Origin: Chloropicon primus
Taxonomy: Eukaryota
Reading direction: 5' to 3'
Length of the DNA: 64,000 nucleotides
NCBI GenBank assembly: GCA_023205875.1
Contig: CP060760.1
Location: 248,001-312,000, forward strand
The notes beneath the pieces were generated by a model. It was not told the origin of the DNA, searched no databases, and saw nothing but the letters and a program-made list of their open reading frames with translations. Numbering within the stretch: position 1 is the first letter of the stretch; each line of letters begins with the position of its first letter. This document shows, piece after piece, positions 1-10,102 of the stretch. Position numbers and translations under genes: made by a program.

Positions 1-1598
1 ATGGATTGGCCAAGACTTCGCAAAAACACCAGGATGCCAAGATACTCCATCCTGTCCGTGGCATTCGTAATCGATTCTGCCTCGACGCAGAACTTCTTCA
101 GATCGTCACTGCTGCGGAAGTTCAGCGCAGGCCTGGTGTGTAACGAGTCAGCAAGTCGACTCGTCTTACTGCTGCTCGCGCGTTCTGACCCTCTTCTCAT
201 CCTCTTCCTGTCCACTTCCCCAGTGTCCTCGGAATTCGCTCGTTTGCGGTTCTCCAGCAGGGAGAGGTTCTCCTCGGACTGGGTCTGCAGGGCCTTGCTC
301 TCCCTCTCCTTGATCATAAATTTCATCGCGTTTTGCAGCAGCAGGGGATTGTTTGCAGTTGTCATGAGAAACATAACAAGCTCCTCCATGTTTGTGCCTT
401 GGGCACCGCCGGTGGAGCTGACGTCCAAAACCATCTCACACAGAGCCCTGGGGAGATCACTTGTCTGGCTGAACTTTGCGCAATTGCAGCAGAGGAACAC
501 GACATAGTTTGAAATATTCTTGCTCCTTTGCGCCGAAGGGATGGATCTTTGGAAAAACCGCAGGAGTCCTGCCACGCACTTGTCGAAATAGTGATCGCAC
601 AGCAACGGCTGCGATGACAATAGTGCACATGTTTTCTGCAGGACCGTGTCCATGGCGCCACCCCACGGGTACGCGTGGGCACCCGCGAGCCTCGCGATGG
701 AGTGAAGGGCTCTGCAGCAATGTGGAAACAGTCCATCGCATTGATCCAAAAGATTCAACACGCTGTCGATCAGGTTTTCGCGCCCCAGAGGAATCGTGGA
801 GCAGGAGCTCTGGTCCATGCTGTACGCCAAAACGTCCAGGAGAACCTTAAGGGAGCATTCCACCTGGTGAAACGAGGTCAGGGTCAGCGCCAGGCCGCTT
901 TTGATGTCCTTCCTGTCCATAGCGACGAGTCCCAGCTCCCTGTTCTTATCGTCGTCCTCTCCACCAAGCCTCTGGAAGGCTTCCCTGAAGCCGAAAACCG
1001 TGAGTGGGGTGGACGTTCCCCCGGCGGTGCCCCTCCTGCCCGCCTTGAGGAGGTAGCTGGCGTGCGCGGCGAGCTCTCTCACCGCCGCGCTCGTCCCGGC
1101 CAAGACGCTCCTGGAGACGGCCTTGCTTTCCGAGGCATGCTCCACCAAGGCGAAGAACACCCTCGCGACCGCTTGGGAGGACTCCAAGGAATCGCACGCC
1201 TTGCAGAGGTGGATGAAGTACCGGATCACCCAGTACACCGTCAGGTCCTGGCTCGGGCCGAAGATTGGCGTGAACTGCTTCACGGCCAGCTTCGTCAGCG
1301 AGCATATCGACAGGATCTCTCGCTTGTCGATGGTCTCCCTCTCGCAAAACTCCTCGAGCAGGTTCGGAAGCAGCGACGCGAACCTCGTCCCCACGGCCTC
1401 GTAATCTGCTTGCGTCTGCTTCCCATCCGTCAAGTGGGACGTGAGGTCCTGCAGGAGCGACAGCAACGTTATCCCGGAGTCCCTCCTCCCTCCTCCCGCC
1501 GCCGCCGCCGCCGTCGGAGGGTTGCTTCCGTTGATCAGGATCCCGAGATTGCCAGGAGAGAACCCCTCCGCACTCACGATCACTTCCCCTTCCTCCAT
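1..1598 (-). CDS. 5' part of a large helical-repeat protein, probably ATR (PIKK family) kinase; runs off the window edge
   Basis: Manual translation shows ATG at 1598 and an open frame to position 3 with no stop, so it is absent from the ORF track. The N-terminal LLSLLQDL...[19 protein letters not shown]...REILSICSL resembles the plant ATR N-terminus as recalled. The kinase domain is not in the window. Confidence 0.6.
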   Translation of the reverse strand, partial: MEEGEVIVSAEGFSPGNLGILINGSNPPTAAAAAGGGRRDSGITLLSLLQDLTSHLTDGKQTQADYEAVGTRFASLLPNLLEEFCERETIDKREILSICSLTKLAVKQFTPIFGPSQDLTVYWVIRYFIHLCKACDSLESSQAVARVFFALVEHASESKAVSRSVLAGTSAAVRELAAHASYLLKAGRRGTAGGTSTPLTVFGFREAFQRLGGEDDDKNRELGLVAMDRKDIKSGLALTLTSFHQVECSLKVLLDVLAYSMDQSSCSTIPLGRENLIDSVLNLLDQCDGLFPHCCRALHSIARLAGAHAYPWGGAMDTVLQKTCALLSSQPLLCDHYFDKCVAGLLRFFQRSIPSAQRSKNISNYVVFLCCNCAKFSQTSDLPRALCEMVLDVSSTGGAQGTNMEELVMFLMTTANNPLLLQNAMKFMIKERESKALQTQSEENLSLLENRKRANSEDTGEVDRKRMRRGSERASSSKTSRLADSLHTRPALNFRSSDDLKKFCVEAESITNATDRMEYLGILVFLRSLGQS

Positions 1599-1927
1599 CT
1601 CTCTCCTTCCCCCTCACGATCGATCGCTCCTCTCCGCCATCCCCTCCTCTCCCCTTCCAAATCCTCACCACGAAGCCGCTTCGCTCAACCGACCACACGA
1701 ACGAAAGATCGAGGCACGACGCTTACGCCTGTTCCCTCCCCTTCCCCCCCTCACTCACTCCCTTGCCGCCCTCTGCGATCGATCGCTTCGCTTCCCCTCC
1801 TCGCCCTTCCTTCCTCTGTCACCGTCGAGTGAGGCGGGAAGTGAGAAGAGGAGGAGCAATCGCGGCGATCGATCATCGATCGAGGACGACGACGAGGACG
1901 CGCGCGCGCCAGGTCGAGAGGGGGCAC

Positions 1928-2123
1928 GAAGAAGAAGAAGAAGAAGAAGAAGAAGAAGAAGAAGAAGCGGCGTTCTCTATCTCTTTCTCTTTCTCTTTCT
2001 CTTACGAAAGAAGCGGCGGTCTGAGGAGGAGGGTTTGACGACGCGACGCATAGCATCGCATCGTGCACGAGGAGCCTTCGTTTGTTCGTTTGTTTGTTTG
2101 TTTGTTTGTTTGTTTGTTTGTTT
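1928..2123. repeat. Microsatellite cluster (GAA)n, CT-rich and (TTTG)n upstream of U1-C
   Basis: Directly visible tandem repeats. Confidence 0.9.
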
Positions 2124-2151
2124 GGGCGAGGGTCAGCGAGGTGTTGTCGTG

Positions 2152-2460
2152 ATGCCGAGGTACTATTGTGATTACTGCGACGCGTACCTGACGCACGACT
2201 CGGCTTCGGTGAGGAAGCAGCACAACTCCGGGTTCAAGCACAAGGCGAATGTGAGGGCATACTACGAGGTGTTCGAGAACCAGTTTCGGGAACACGACGC
2301 GAGGGTGCTGGCGGAGCAGTACGAGCTTCAGCGGCGGAAGGCCATGATGCAAGGGGCAGCGCCGATGCAGCAGCAGTACATGGTGATGCACCAGCAGGGC
2401 GTGATGGTGCCACCGCAGGAGCAAGGACAGGGGCCGGAGCGGAACCCCAAGCCCCAGTAG
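2152..2460 (+). CDS. SNRPC: U1 snRNP protein C
   Basis: [34 protein letters not shown] is the U1-C matrin-type zinc finger, followed by an M/Q-rich tail. Confidence 0.95.
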   Translation: MPRYYCDYCDAYLTHDSASVRKQHNSGFKHKANVRAYYEVFENQFREHDARVLAEQYELQRRKAMMQGAAPMQQQYMVMHQQGVMVPPQEQGQGPERNPKPQ

Positions 2461-2586
2461 GCTAGTCAGGCAGAGGGCTTGGGTAAAAGACCTGAAGATA
2501 AGCGTTACATTAATATTAGAGTTGAAAACTTTCTTTGTTCTTACTTTTTCTATTCCCACAAGTTCACCGCTCCCTCGACGCGTCGA

Positions 2587-3627
2587 TCACCTCATCTTGT
2601 ACTCCATCTGCCCCTTGGCCTGTTGCCACTTTCCGTTGTGGTTGTACGTAATAGTGATGTCCAAGTCCCTCCTGTTGCTCGCGTTCGGCTTGCAAGAGAG
2701 CGTCCCTGTCAGCTTCTCCCCCTCGCAGATCGTGATTTCGTCCGGCAAGTAGAACACGGTCTGCTTCCAGTGCGTCTGCTGGGCCTGGGGACTCGTCGAG
2801 AACATGTTGGCCTTGTGGCCGGTGCTAAAGGTGGTGTCAAAGTAAGCGACGAGGGCGTGGATGTAATCGTTCCTCGTTGCGGTGAGCTCAAAGGGGCTCG
2901 TGAAGGTGCAGTCCTCCACGCTGTACTCCGGCACCTTCACTTCCCTCAGGAGTTGGACGCCAGTGCAAATCTGCTGGCTGTCCACCACGTCAACCAGGGG
3001 CTCCGTGATGGCAACCTCCTTAATGCACTTCATGCTGTAGCCGTACACATTGTCCCAGAAGTCCAGCTTCTCTCTTTTGTACTCCGCGTCCTCAATGCCC
3101 ACGAGGTTGAGCGTGAGGTAGTCGGGAAGCATGATGCCCCCAGGCTTCAGCCACTTGTCTCTGGCGTGAATCACGGTGTCGAGCATGGACTCGTAGAAGA
3201 GGAAGTAACCCATCCACTCGCTGACAATGACGTCCACCTTATCGACCGGGAGCTCGATCTCCTCCACCTTTCCCTTGATCACCGTTATCACATCCTCGTA
3301 CCCGTTCTCCTTCACGATAAGCTTCGCGTAGTTCGCGATCTCACTGCAGTCTATGGCGTAAACGGCCTTGGCCCCGACCTTGGCGCAGAAAAGCGAAAGT
3401 ATCCCCGTGCCGCAGCCGATGTCAAGCACCACCTTCCCCTCTATGTTCTGCTTGTTGAACTCTATTGCACGCTTATACTCGCTCGTCCTGACTTCATCCT
3501 TCAGCATCTCCTCGTGGATCCCAAAGTGGGAGTACGAGTCGAAGTAATAATCCTTGCTCGTCATCGCCTTCCCACTCTCCTCCCCCTCGACCCCCCCCTT
3601 GGTACCAGACATCTCCATGCTCGCCAT
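2587..3627 (-). CDS. PRMT1: Type I protein arginine N-methyltransferase
   Basis: DYYFDSYSHFGIHEEMLKD, VLDIGCGTGIL, SEWMGYFLFYESML (double-E loop) and THWKQT motifs. Confidence 0.96.
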   Translation of the reverse strand: MASMEMSGTKGGVEGEESGKAMTSKDYYFDSYSHFGIHEEMLKDEVRTSEYKRAIEFNKQNIEGKVVLDIGCGTGILSLFCAKVGAKAVYAIDCSEIANYAKLIVKENGYEDVITVIKGKVEEIELPVDKVDVIVSEWMGYFLFYESMLDTVIHARDKWLKPGGIMLPDYLTLNLVGIEDAEYKREKLDFWDNVYGYSMKCIKEVAITEPLVDVVDSQQICTGVQLLREVKVPEYSVEDCTFTSPFELTATRNDYIHALVAYFDTTFSTGHKANMFSTSPQAQQTHWKQTVFYLPDEITICEGEKLTGTLSCKPNASNRRDLDITITYNHNGKWQQAKGQMEYKMR

Positions 3628-3707
3628 ACTACCTCTCTATCTATGTATCTGTCTATCCAACTACCTATCTGTTCTCATCCATCCATCCATCAAACAACAA
3701 CAACAAC

Positions 3708-3711
<4 letters not shown>

Positions 3712-3759
<48 letters not shown>
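3712..3759. repeat. (GA)n microsatellite
   Basis: Directly visible. Similar GA/CT tracts precede many genes, e.g. 9901-9940, 22156-22185, 24711-24767 and 61321-61337. Confidence 0.9.
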
Positions 3760-3760
<1 letters not shown>

Positions 3761-3987
3761 AAAACCGTTTCAGAATTCTCGAAGAGAAAAAAAGTAAAAA
3801 AGGGAACCAGACGAAAGAGAGGAAATGTACGGGTCGTAACGCATCGCCCCTGGCTCGCCTTCCATCGCACCACGCACCATCCGGGAACTCACCTCAGTTG
3901 CTCTCGCTCTGCTTCGCAACGCCGCCAGCAGATTTTGCAGAGTGGACGACACACGAGTGCAATGAGTTCCACAATAAGTGCAACCAG

Positions 3988-4015
3988 TTTTAGGGTTTTA
4001 GGGTTTTAGGGTTTT
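3988..4015 (+). repeat. Interstitial telomere-like repeat (TTTTAGGG)3TTTT, telo-box-like
   Basis: Three exact TTTTAGGG units in the divergent PRMT1/GT29 intergenic region. Confidence 0.8.
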
Positions 4016-4322
4016 GTAAGATTCTCGCTCGTCATCTTTGGGAGACAGCGAAGGTGGCTCGGAGGCCACCCTGGCTAGGATACCCCAAAGACCTCTCCGA
4101 GTCATGAGAGAGACCCTTAGGCATGGACATCGCGTGACCCCATTGTCATTGGATTGCCTCACACCTTCCAAGCTTAGCGGAGCGTGAAGACCTGCTTGAA
4201 TTTTGGGTTCTCCTGGATTTCTCCAAGCTTTGAGGTTGAAAGATTTTGAACAGGACAAGGAGTTTCAAACGCGTGTGGTGCAGCACTCGTGGAGAGCGGC
4301 GCTTGATTCGTATTGCGGGACC

Positions 4323-5831
4323 ATGTTTGGAACGCAGGAAGTGAAGGGGAACTCCCGTTCTCCGTGGAGAGCTGTGCGGCCTTACGTGGTTGTCATCTTG
4401 ATATTGGGCCTGTGCAGCACCGTGATACTCCTGTCTTGGAGGAACGCCAGCCTTGTTGCGAACGGTGCCCGTCCGCGGAACGTGCACAAGCACGACGCAG
4501 CTGCAACAGAAGCTCTGAGAGCGAGGAGGCAGAGAGAGAGAGAGAGAGAGGCTCGCCGAGCACGCGCGGAGGATGCCCTGAGTCACTCCAGTGGTGGCCA
4601 TTCGAGGGGACCAGGAGGGGGGAGGGACCGGCGGTCGTCCAGGGAGAGAAGTAGGGGGCGATCTCACCGATCCTCTTCCTCCTCCCGGTCGTCCGCCGCG
4701 CAACCACCCCCTCCACCGGCTCCTCAGTCGAGGTCGAGGCAGCGCAGGGAGAGGCACAGGGAGAAGGAAAGGATAGACAAGAGCTCGGTGGACTTTAGAA
4801 ATATTTCGGACAGCATCATCGCCCAGCTCAGCATACCGAAGACGAAAGTGTATAAGCACAAGTTCCCCAACGGGTCGAGGCTCGTGGTGAACAAGAAGAA
4901 CCCGGAGAACAGGTTGGCGCACACCCAGCAGGAGAAGTTTCCGAGCAACTTGCCTGCGACAGATATCGAGGAGAGGTTCGGCTCTTGCGCAGTCGTTGGG
5001 AACTCGGGCATCAGCCTCTTCAACGAGAAGCAGGGAGAATCGATCGACAAGCACGACCTTGTGATCCGCTTCAACGACGGGCCCACGACGGGGTTCGAAA
5101 AGTACGTAGGAAAGAGGACGAGTTACAGGTTCATCAACAACAACTGGTCTCGCATTTTTACCAAGAGGGAGCCTAGAGGGTGCGCAGAGGGGGCACTCAT
5201 CTCGTTCGGGAATGGAGCCTTGCGGTTTCTCCATGCCCTCCGCGCAAAGTACGGTGAGAGGAGGCCCGCGTATTTCATGGCCCCCGAGTTTGCGCTCAAT
5301 GCAAGGGGCACATACAAGAAGGCTTATGCCGTGATGGACGAGGCGGGCTACATCCGGGTCAAGGGCAGGAACTCGCCGCCCACAGGGATCGAGGGCGTCT
5401 TCTTCGGCCTGGAGATGTGCGACACGGTGGACTTGTACGGCTTCCAGATCAGGAACGACCCAAAGATCAAGTACCACTACCACAACGAGGTCCAAGGGGT
5501 TGAGGCCGCGCATTCCTTTGGCTTTCAATACGAGTTTCTGAAAGTGCTGACTCACGGGGGCTTTATTCAGGTGTGCTTGCCCGAAACGAAGTCAGGCCCT
5601 TGCATCAATGGTGGGAAGAACGAGCCTAAAGCACGCGCGGCTCAGGATGCGCGACGGGGAGGCCAGGAGCAAGCGCAAGAAGCCGAGGTGGCCGAGCACA
5701 CTGAGGACGTGGAGGAGGCGGAGGAGGTGGGGGAAGTGGAGGAGGTGCATGAAATAGAAGAAAGTGGGGACGATGTTGAGATGGCAGAGGAAGTTCACGA
5801 GGCTGAGGAAGAAGAAGTCGTGCTGGAGTGA
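4323..5831 (+). CDS. GT29 sialyltransferase-like type II membrane protein
   Basis: N-terminal TM (VVVILILGLCSTVILLSW). Sialylmotif L (CAVVGNSG...IDKHDLVIRFN), S (PPTGIEGVFFGLEMCDTVDLYGF), III (YHYH) and VS-like (HSFGFQYE). Acidic tail. First ATG in frame is at 4323. Confidence 0.9.
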   Translation: MFGTQEVKGNSRSPWRAVRPYVVVILILGLCSTVILLSWRNASLVANGARPRNVHKHDAAATEALRARRQREREREARRARAEDALSHSSGGHSRGPGGGRDRRSSRERSRGRSHRSSSSSRSSAAQPPPPPAPQSRSRQRRERHREKERIDKSSVDFRNISDSIIAQLSIPKTKVYKHKFPNGSRLVVNKKNPENRLAHTQQEKFPSNLPATDIEERFGSCAVVGNSGISLFNEKQGESIDKHDLVIRFNDGPTTGFEKYVGKRTSYRFINNNWSRIFTKREPRGCAEGALISFGNGALRFLHALRAKYGERRPAYFMAPEFALNARGTYKKAYAVMDEAGYIRVKGRNSPPTGIEGVFFGLEMCDTVDLYGFQIRNDPKIKYHYHNEVQGVEAAHSFGFQYEFLKVLTHGGFIQVCLPETKSGPCINGGKNEPKARAAQDARRGGQEQAQEAEVAEHTEDVEEAEEVGEVEEVHEIEESGDDVEMAEEVHEAEEEEVVLE

Positions 5832-5920
5832 ATCCAATTATTTCTGGAAAGGAATACAAATCAACGTTTTATGTATATTGTTACTATTACAGATGATGTG
5901 TGAGGTTACAAACATGAAAT

Positions 5921-8350
5921 TCAAGTCTCGTGCGGCAAATGGGAGAAGTGTATGGTGGCAACGATCACCACAATGGCAACGATCACCAAGTTTCCGCCTG
6001 CTACAATCGTTGCTCTCATTGGATGGATCTGCTCAGTCTCGTTCTCAAAAGTGAGAAGGATCGGAACTTGCTTGATGCTCCTGTACTTGTTCGGATTCGC
6101 CATGTACTCGTACTCCACCCGCAGAAGAGTCCACTGGCATCTCCGCAGGATCTCGATTGTCCCCGCGATCGTCTTCGTGGTCTGGGCCCCGAGACCTGGA
6201 ATGATACTGTAGGGAGTAATCGTGAACGCCCAGGCTATCCTCCCGATGAAATTGGTGATGCAAGCGAAAACGTAGAACCACCGGGCGTTGATGAAACCGA
6301 TCTGCTTCCTGATCCCCTTTCTCGTGATGTAACCCCAGTCACACGCGATGTCCCAGCAATAACAGTACAAGGTTGAAACGATCAACATCGTGAACCACAC
6401 AGCCTTCCCGACACTCCAATGCCCGTCAACCTTGACGTAGTTTCCGAGGGAGGCCAGGCAAATTGCGCTCAAGGAGGTCAGGTACTTGCCGCAATTGACC
6501 AGCTGCCACTTATCTTGAGTGTCGTAATACCTCCTTATGCATTCCTGCACTCGATAGTAGTACGGGATACCAGTCAGAATGTGGGCTGTGAGGACGTGCT
6601 TTGGGTGCAACGACGATTCACCTGGGTGGAAGCCGCTGCCGGACACGTAGTAGAGCACCGTGTTCTCAAAGTCCACGATCCAAGCAACCATCGATGTCAA
6701 GACATCTGCCACGTAATTCTCCCTAAACCTAACCTCGGGCCCTATGAACGCAATCACCCTTTGGAAGATGATTGTCAAGGTCTGGAAGAACCACTTCCTG
6801 CTCTTGAAGTAGAAGGCTCCAGAAGGCGCAATGCAAGCCAGGAACATGACCAGGAACAAGGTCAGTGGCCAAACGTACAAGGGCAAGTCAAGCAAGGAGT
6901 ACCCTGTCTTGACAGTAGCCGTGTACAGTAGCAAGGAAATCAACCAAAAGCTCGTCATCGTTGCCGCAAGCGATGCACTGCCGTGGATGCCGAGCTCGTG
7001 CTTTGGATCCATGTCCAGAATCCAGAGGTAGTTGATGCCGTACGAGCGCCACAAGTACACAAGGACGCTCCAGCCCCAAATGAAGAGGATGGGGAAGAAG
7101 ATCACCCGGTACACTGGAATCACTTCGATCATGGACGTCGAGCAGAAGGGGCAGTCTGTCCTCGCTGGGTGGTACGTCGTGACCCAAATCAGCGCAAGAG
7201 TCAAGGCCACGTCGAACCCGAGGAAGAAGCCGACCTTGAGGGAGGGTTTGAGCGACGCCTTGTACACCATAAGCTTGGACCTCGCCTTGTCGATGTTGTT
7301 TTCCGTGAAATGCATCGCGTAGCTTCTCGCCAGCAGATCTGCTAGCTCATCCATCTTCTCCGACTTGCAGCACACCTCCTCCTTGAAGCAAGCCTTTGCA
7401 GTCAGCCGAGTCTTCTTCTTGCACTTCTTGGCCGCCTTCTGGAATCCCGTCAAGTTGAGCGTGGCCACCTGCTTGAGCTGCATGATGTGAACGTGCATCT
7501 CTCTGTAGGCGTGCTCGATCGTGTCCGGCTGGCTCCAGATCGCCTGGAACAGAGGCTGGGGCGCCTTGTAGGTCCTCAGCTTGGACTCGCTGTTCCTCCT
7601 CGATGGCGTCCTCGGTGGGGATTGAGGGCCGGGGAAAGACTCGGCGTCAGACAGACCAGAGGTTCTCCTGATCTGGGGCACGTCGTCTGTGAAGCTCGTC
7701 CTCGGGGACCTCGTGTCAGAAACCACCGGAGAGGTCTGCTCGTGCTCGTCCTCGTGATCCTGCACCCCGTGGTCAGAGTTGGGATCTGACACCCTTCTCT
7801 GCCCGTAGGGAACGGGGGAAAGGTTGGTGAAACTGACCCTCGGTGAGGGAGGCCCGGCCTTGGTGCCCGTTATGTTGTTCACCGTCTGTATCAACGAGCG
7901 AATACTCGACTCCAGCTCCGCTTCCTTGTGCGCCAAGAAGAAATTGCACCTCGACAACTCGCTCAACATCGCAGCCAGGAACTGGTCGTGCTTCTCCTTC
8001 CTCGTGGCCTCGTCCTCCGCGTCGTCCAGTATGGAGACAGAATCGAGCAAGGGCTCCACGTTCTCGCCGTCAGAGTTTCCTTTGCCGCAGCAGCAGCAGA
8101 CCCAGCTCTTGATCCAGAGAATGGTCAGCACAATCCACGTAAGGACTGCCGAGACGACGCGCTTCACCTGCTTCCCCAACGACGACGACGTGCTCAAAGG
8201 CATGGCCGTGGTTCCTATCTTGAGGTTGTCGTCATCGATGCTGTGCCTTCCGCTTCGTTGCTCGACACAGGCAACGAGCATCCCGTAGTCCAGGTACCCA
8301 TCCTCGAGGCCCTCGATCAAGTTGGCCTTGAGGAACTCACCGAAATGCAT
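5921..8350 (-). CDS. SPX-EXS phosphate exporter (PHO1/XPR1/SYG1 family)
   Basis: SPX-like MHFGEFL...YLDY and LNLTGFQKAAKK. EXS motifs ADVLTS, LVNCGKY, YCYCWDIACDWG and EILRRCQWTLLRVEYE. ATG at 8350. Confidence 0.92.
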   Translation of the reverse strand: MHFGEFLKANLIEGLEDGYLDYGMLVACVEQRSGRHSIDDDNLKIGTTAMPLSTSSSLGKQVKRVVSAVLTWIVLTILWIKSWVCCCCGKGNSDGENVEPLLDSVSILDDAEDEATRKEKHDQFLAAMLSELSRCNFFLAHKEAELESSIRSLIQTVNNITGTKAGPPSPRVSFTNLSPVPYGQRRVSDPNSDHGVQDHEDEHEQTSPVVSDTRSPRTSFTDDVPQIRRTSGLSDAESFPGPQSPPRTPSRRNSESKLRTYKAPQPLFQAIWSQPDTIEHAYREMHVHIMQLKQVATLNLTGFQKAAKKCKKKTRLTAKACFKEEVCCKSEKMDELADLLARSYAMHFTENNIDKARSKLMVYKASLKPSLKVGFFLGFDVALTLALIWVTTYHPARTDCPFCSTSMIEVIPVYRVIFFPILFIWGWSVLVYLWRSYGINYLWILDMDPKHELGIHGSASLAATMTSFWLISLLLYTATVKTGYSLLDLPLYVWPLTLFLVMFLACIAPSGAFYFKSRKWFFQTLTIIFQRVIAFIGPEVRFRENYVADVLTSMVAWIVDFENTVLYYVSGSGFHPGESSLHPKHVLTAHILTGIPYYYRVQECIRRYYDTQDKWQLVNCGKYLTSLSAICLASLGNYVKVDGHWSVGKAVWFTMLIVSTLYCYCWDIACDWGYITRKGIRKQIGFINARWFYVFACITNFIGRIAWAFTITPYSIIPGLGAQTTKTIAGTIEILRRCQWTLLRVEYEYMANPNKYRSIKQVPILLTFENETEQIHPMRATIVAGGNLVIVAIVVIVATIHFSHLPHET

Positions 8351-8820
8351 CGTCGCCAAGCCAAGCCAACTCCTTCACGCACCCTTCCAACCAATGGAAC
8401 GAATGAAAGAACCAAAGCGTTCGGGTTTCTCGCTCAAAAACGACGCCAAGTGGGTCGAACGAAAGATCCAGAGACGACGCTTGCGAAGGTTACGACCTCG
8501 CGTGTGCTGCTATTCGCTCCCGCTTCCCATCTTCGCTTTGCGACGCCAGTGAACCTGGCTCACACTTCGCCGTCCACTCCCCCCCCGCTCTTCCAGGTGA
8601 GATGAGCGAGCGGATGAGAGGCAGAGGTGGGAGGGATGGCTGGAATGACTCGGGACACGACCACAGAGCCCTTCCAAAACCGTTCTCTGGGTTTGGTAAG
8701 GTGGATTGGCAAGGATAGCGGCGGGTCATCGATCGAGACACCCACACTGCCATTGTTTATATTGTTTATATTGTTTGTCCAGAGCTGATCTGCCTGGTGG
8801 TTGGTTCGTGGCATCACTAA

Positions 8821-9420
8821 TTACTTCAAGCCGTGGACCTGAACGCCGATCTTCCTCTGCCTCTCCGGCTGACCGTCCAACTCGAGGAAGATCACGGACT
8901 GGTACGTCCCAAGCACGAGCTTCCCCTCGTGGACCGGGACGGACTCGCCCTGGCCCATGAGCATCGCAAGAATATGCGAGTGCGCGTTGATGGGCTCGTC
9001 GTCCGGCCACTTTCCAACAAAGGGGACGGGAATCTCCCTGTACTGCAGGTCGTTGTGAAGGTAGGGGTAGTCCGCAGGCACGAGCTTGGCCAGGAACTGC
9101 CTCACGTCGTCCACGAGGCGAGGCTCCAGCTCGTTGATGGTGAGCGCCGTGGTCGTGTGCCGGGAGATCACATTCACCGCGCCATTCGTCACGCCCGACC
9201 TCTCCAGCACGCCCTCGATCTGGGGGGTAATGTCGTACAGCGCGATCCCCACTTGGGTCGTCACAACGAGGTTCTCGAAGTGGTACGAGGTCTGGCCAGC
9301 ACCCCCAGCACCCCCAGCACTCCTCACCCTCGACCCCGCCACGCGTGAGGCGGCTCGTCCTCGCGGAGTCCCTCGCACCTTCCAAGCGAAGGAAGAAGAA
9401 GCAGAAGCCACCATCGCCAT
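8821..9420 (-). CDS. YjbQ/UPF0047 secondary thiamine-phosphate synthase-like protein with plastid-type transit peptide
   Basis: HTTTALTINE, NAHSH and LVLGTYQSVIFLELDG motifs; S/R-rich N-terminus. Confidence 0.9.
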   Translation of the reverse strand: MAMVASASSSFAWKVRGTPRGRAASRVAGSRVRSAGGAGGAGQTSYHFENLVVTTQVGIALYDITPQIEGVLERSGVTNGAVNVISRHTTTALTINELEPRLVDDVRQFLAKLVPADYPYLHNDLQYREIPVPFVGKWPDDEPINAHSHILAMLMGQGESVPVHEGKLVLGTYQSVIFLELDGQPERQRKIGVQVHGLK

Positions 9421-9475
9421 CGTCACCAGCTGCCTTCAGGTGCTTTGAAAACCTCTTTGATGCTGATGCTGCTGA

Positions 9476-9507
<32 letters not shown>

Positions 9508-9896
9508 ATGATGTGAATCAGAACAGAGAGTGTGTGCACCTGTCTCTCGAGGCACTGGAACACCGCGACGTCGTCACGAGAGAGAACGATCTGATTCTCG
9601 GGACTCCGCAACGCAATGCCGCGATCCTCGTCGTCCTCGACCTCTGGCTCAGTACTTGCTTGATGGGAGTAGTGATGGGACCACCCTGGCACACCTCCTC
9701 ACTCTCTCTCTCTCTCTCGACACCGTGGGTCAAAATCTTCAACCGAGTGGTCGTTGAAAAGCTCGTGAGACGTGTAACTCGATATCTGGACTCTTGGTTT
9801 TGACCCGAACGCTCCTCCTTTCCCGCCCTCGTCGCCTCTTTCCCTCCCAGTCGCTTCAGATCTCCTCCTCTTCTGGATAAGTTTTGACTCAGGGGA

Positions 9897-9943
<47 letters not shown>

Positions 9944-10102
9944 GGATCGATCGGCGGCCAAGGGCTGAAGTGAAGAGGAAGGGAAGGAGAAGAGGAGGAC
10001 ACGAACGGAATCTTCTTTTCGTGATCTTTCGTTGGACTCGTCGCTCGAGGGAACCGGCGTTGTGGTGAGGACACAGAGAGAGGGCGAAGTAGAGGAAGGA
10101 GG

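Noticed and set aside
9423..9692. Apparent uORF ending just before the YjbQ start
   Set aside because: There is no ATG in that stretch of the minus strand (GTG start only), and it runs through an AAC microsatellite.
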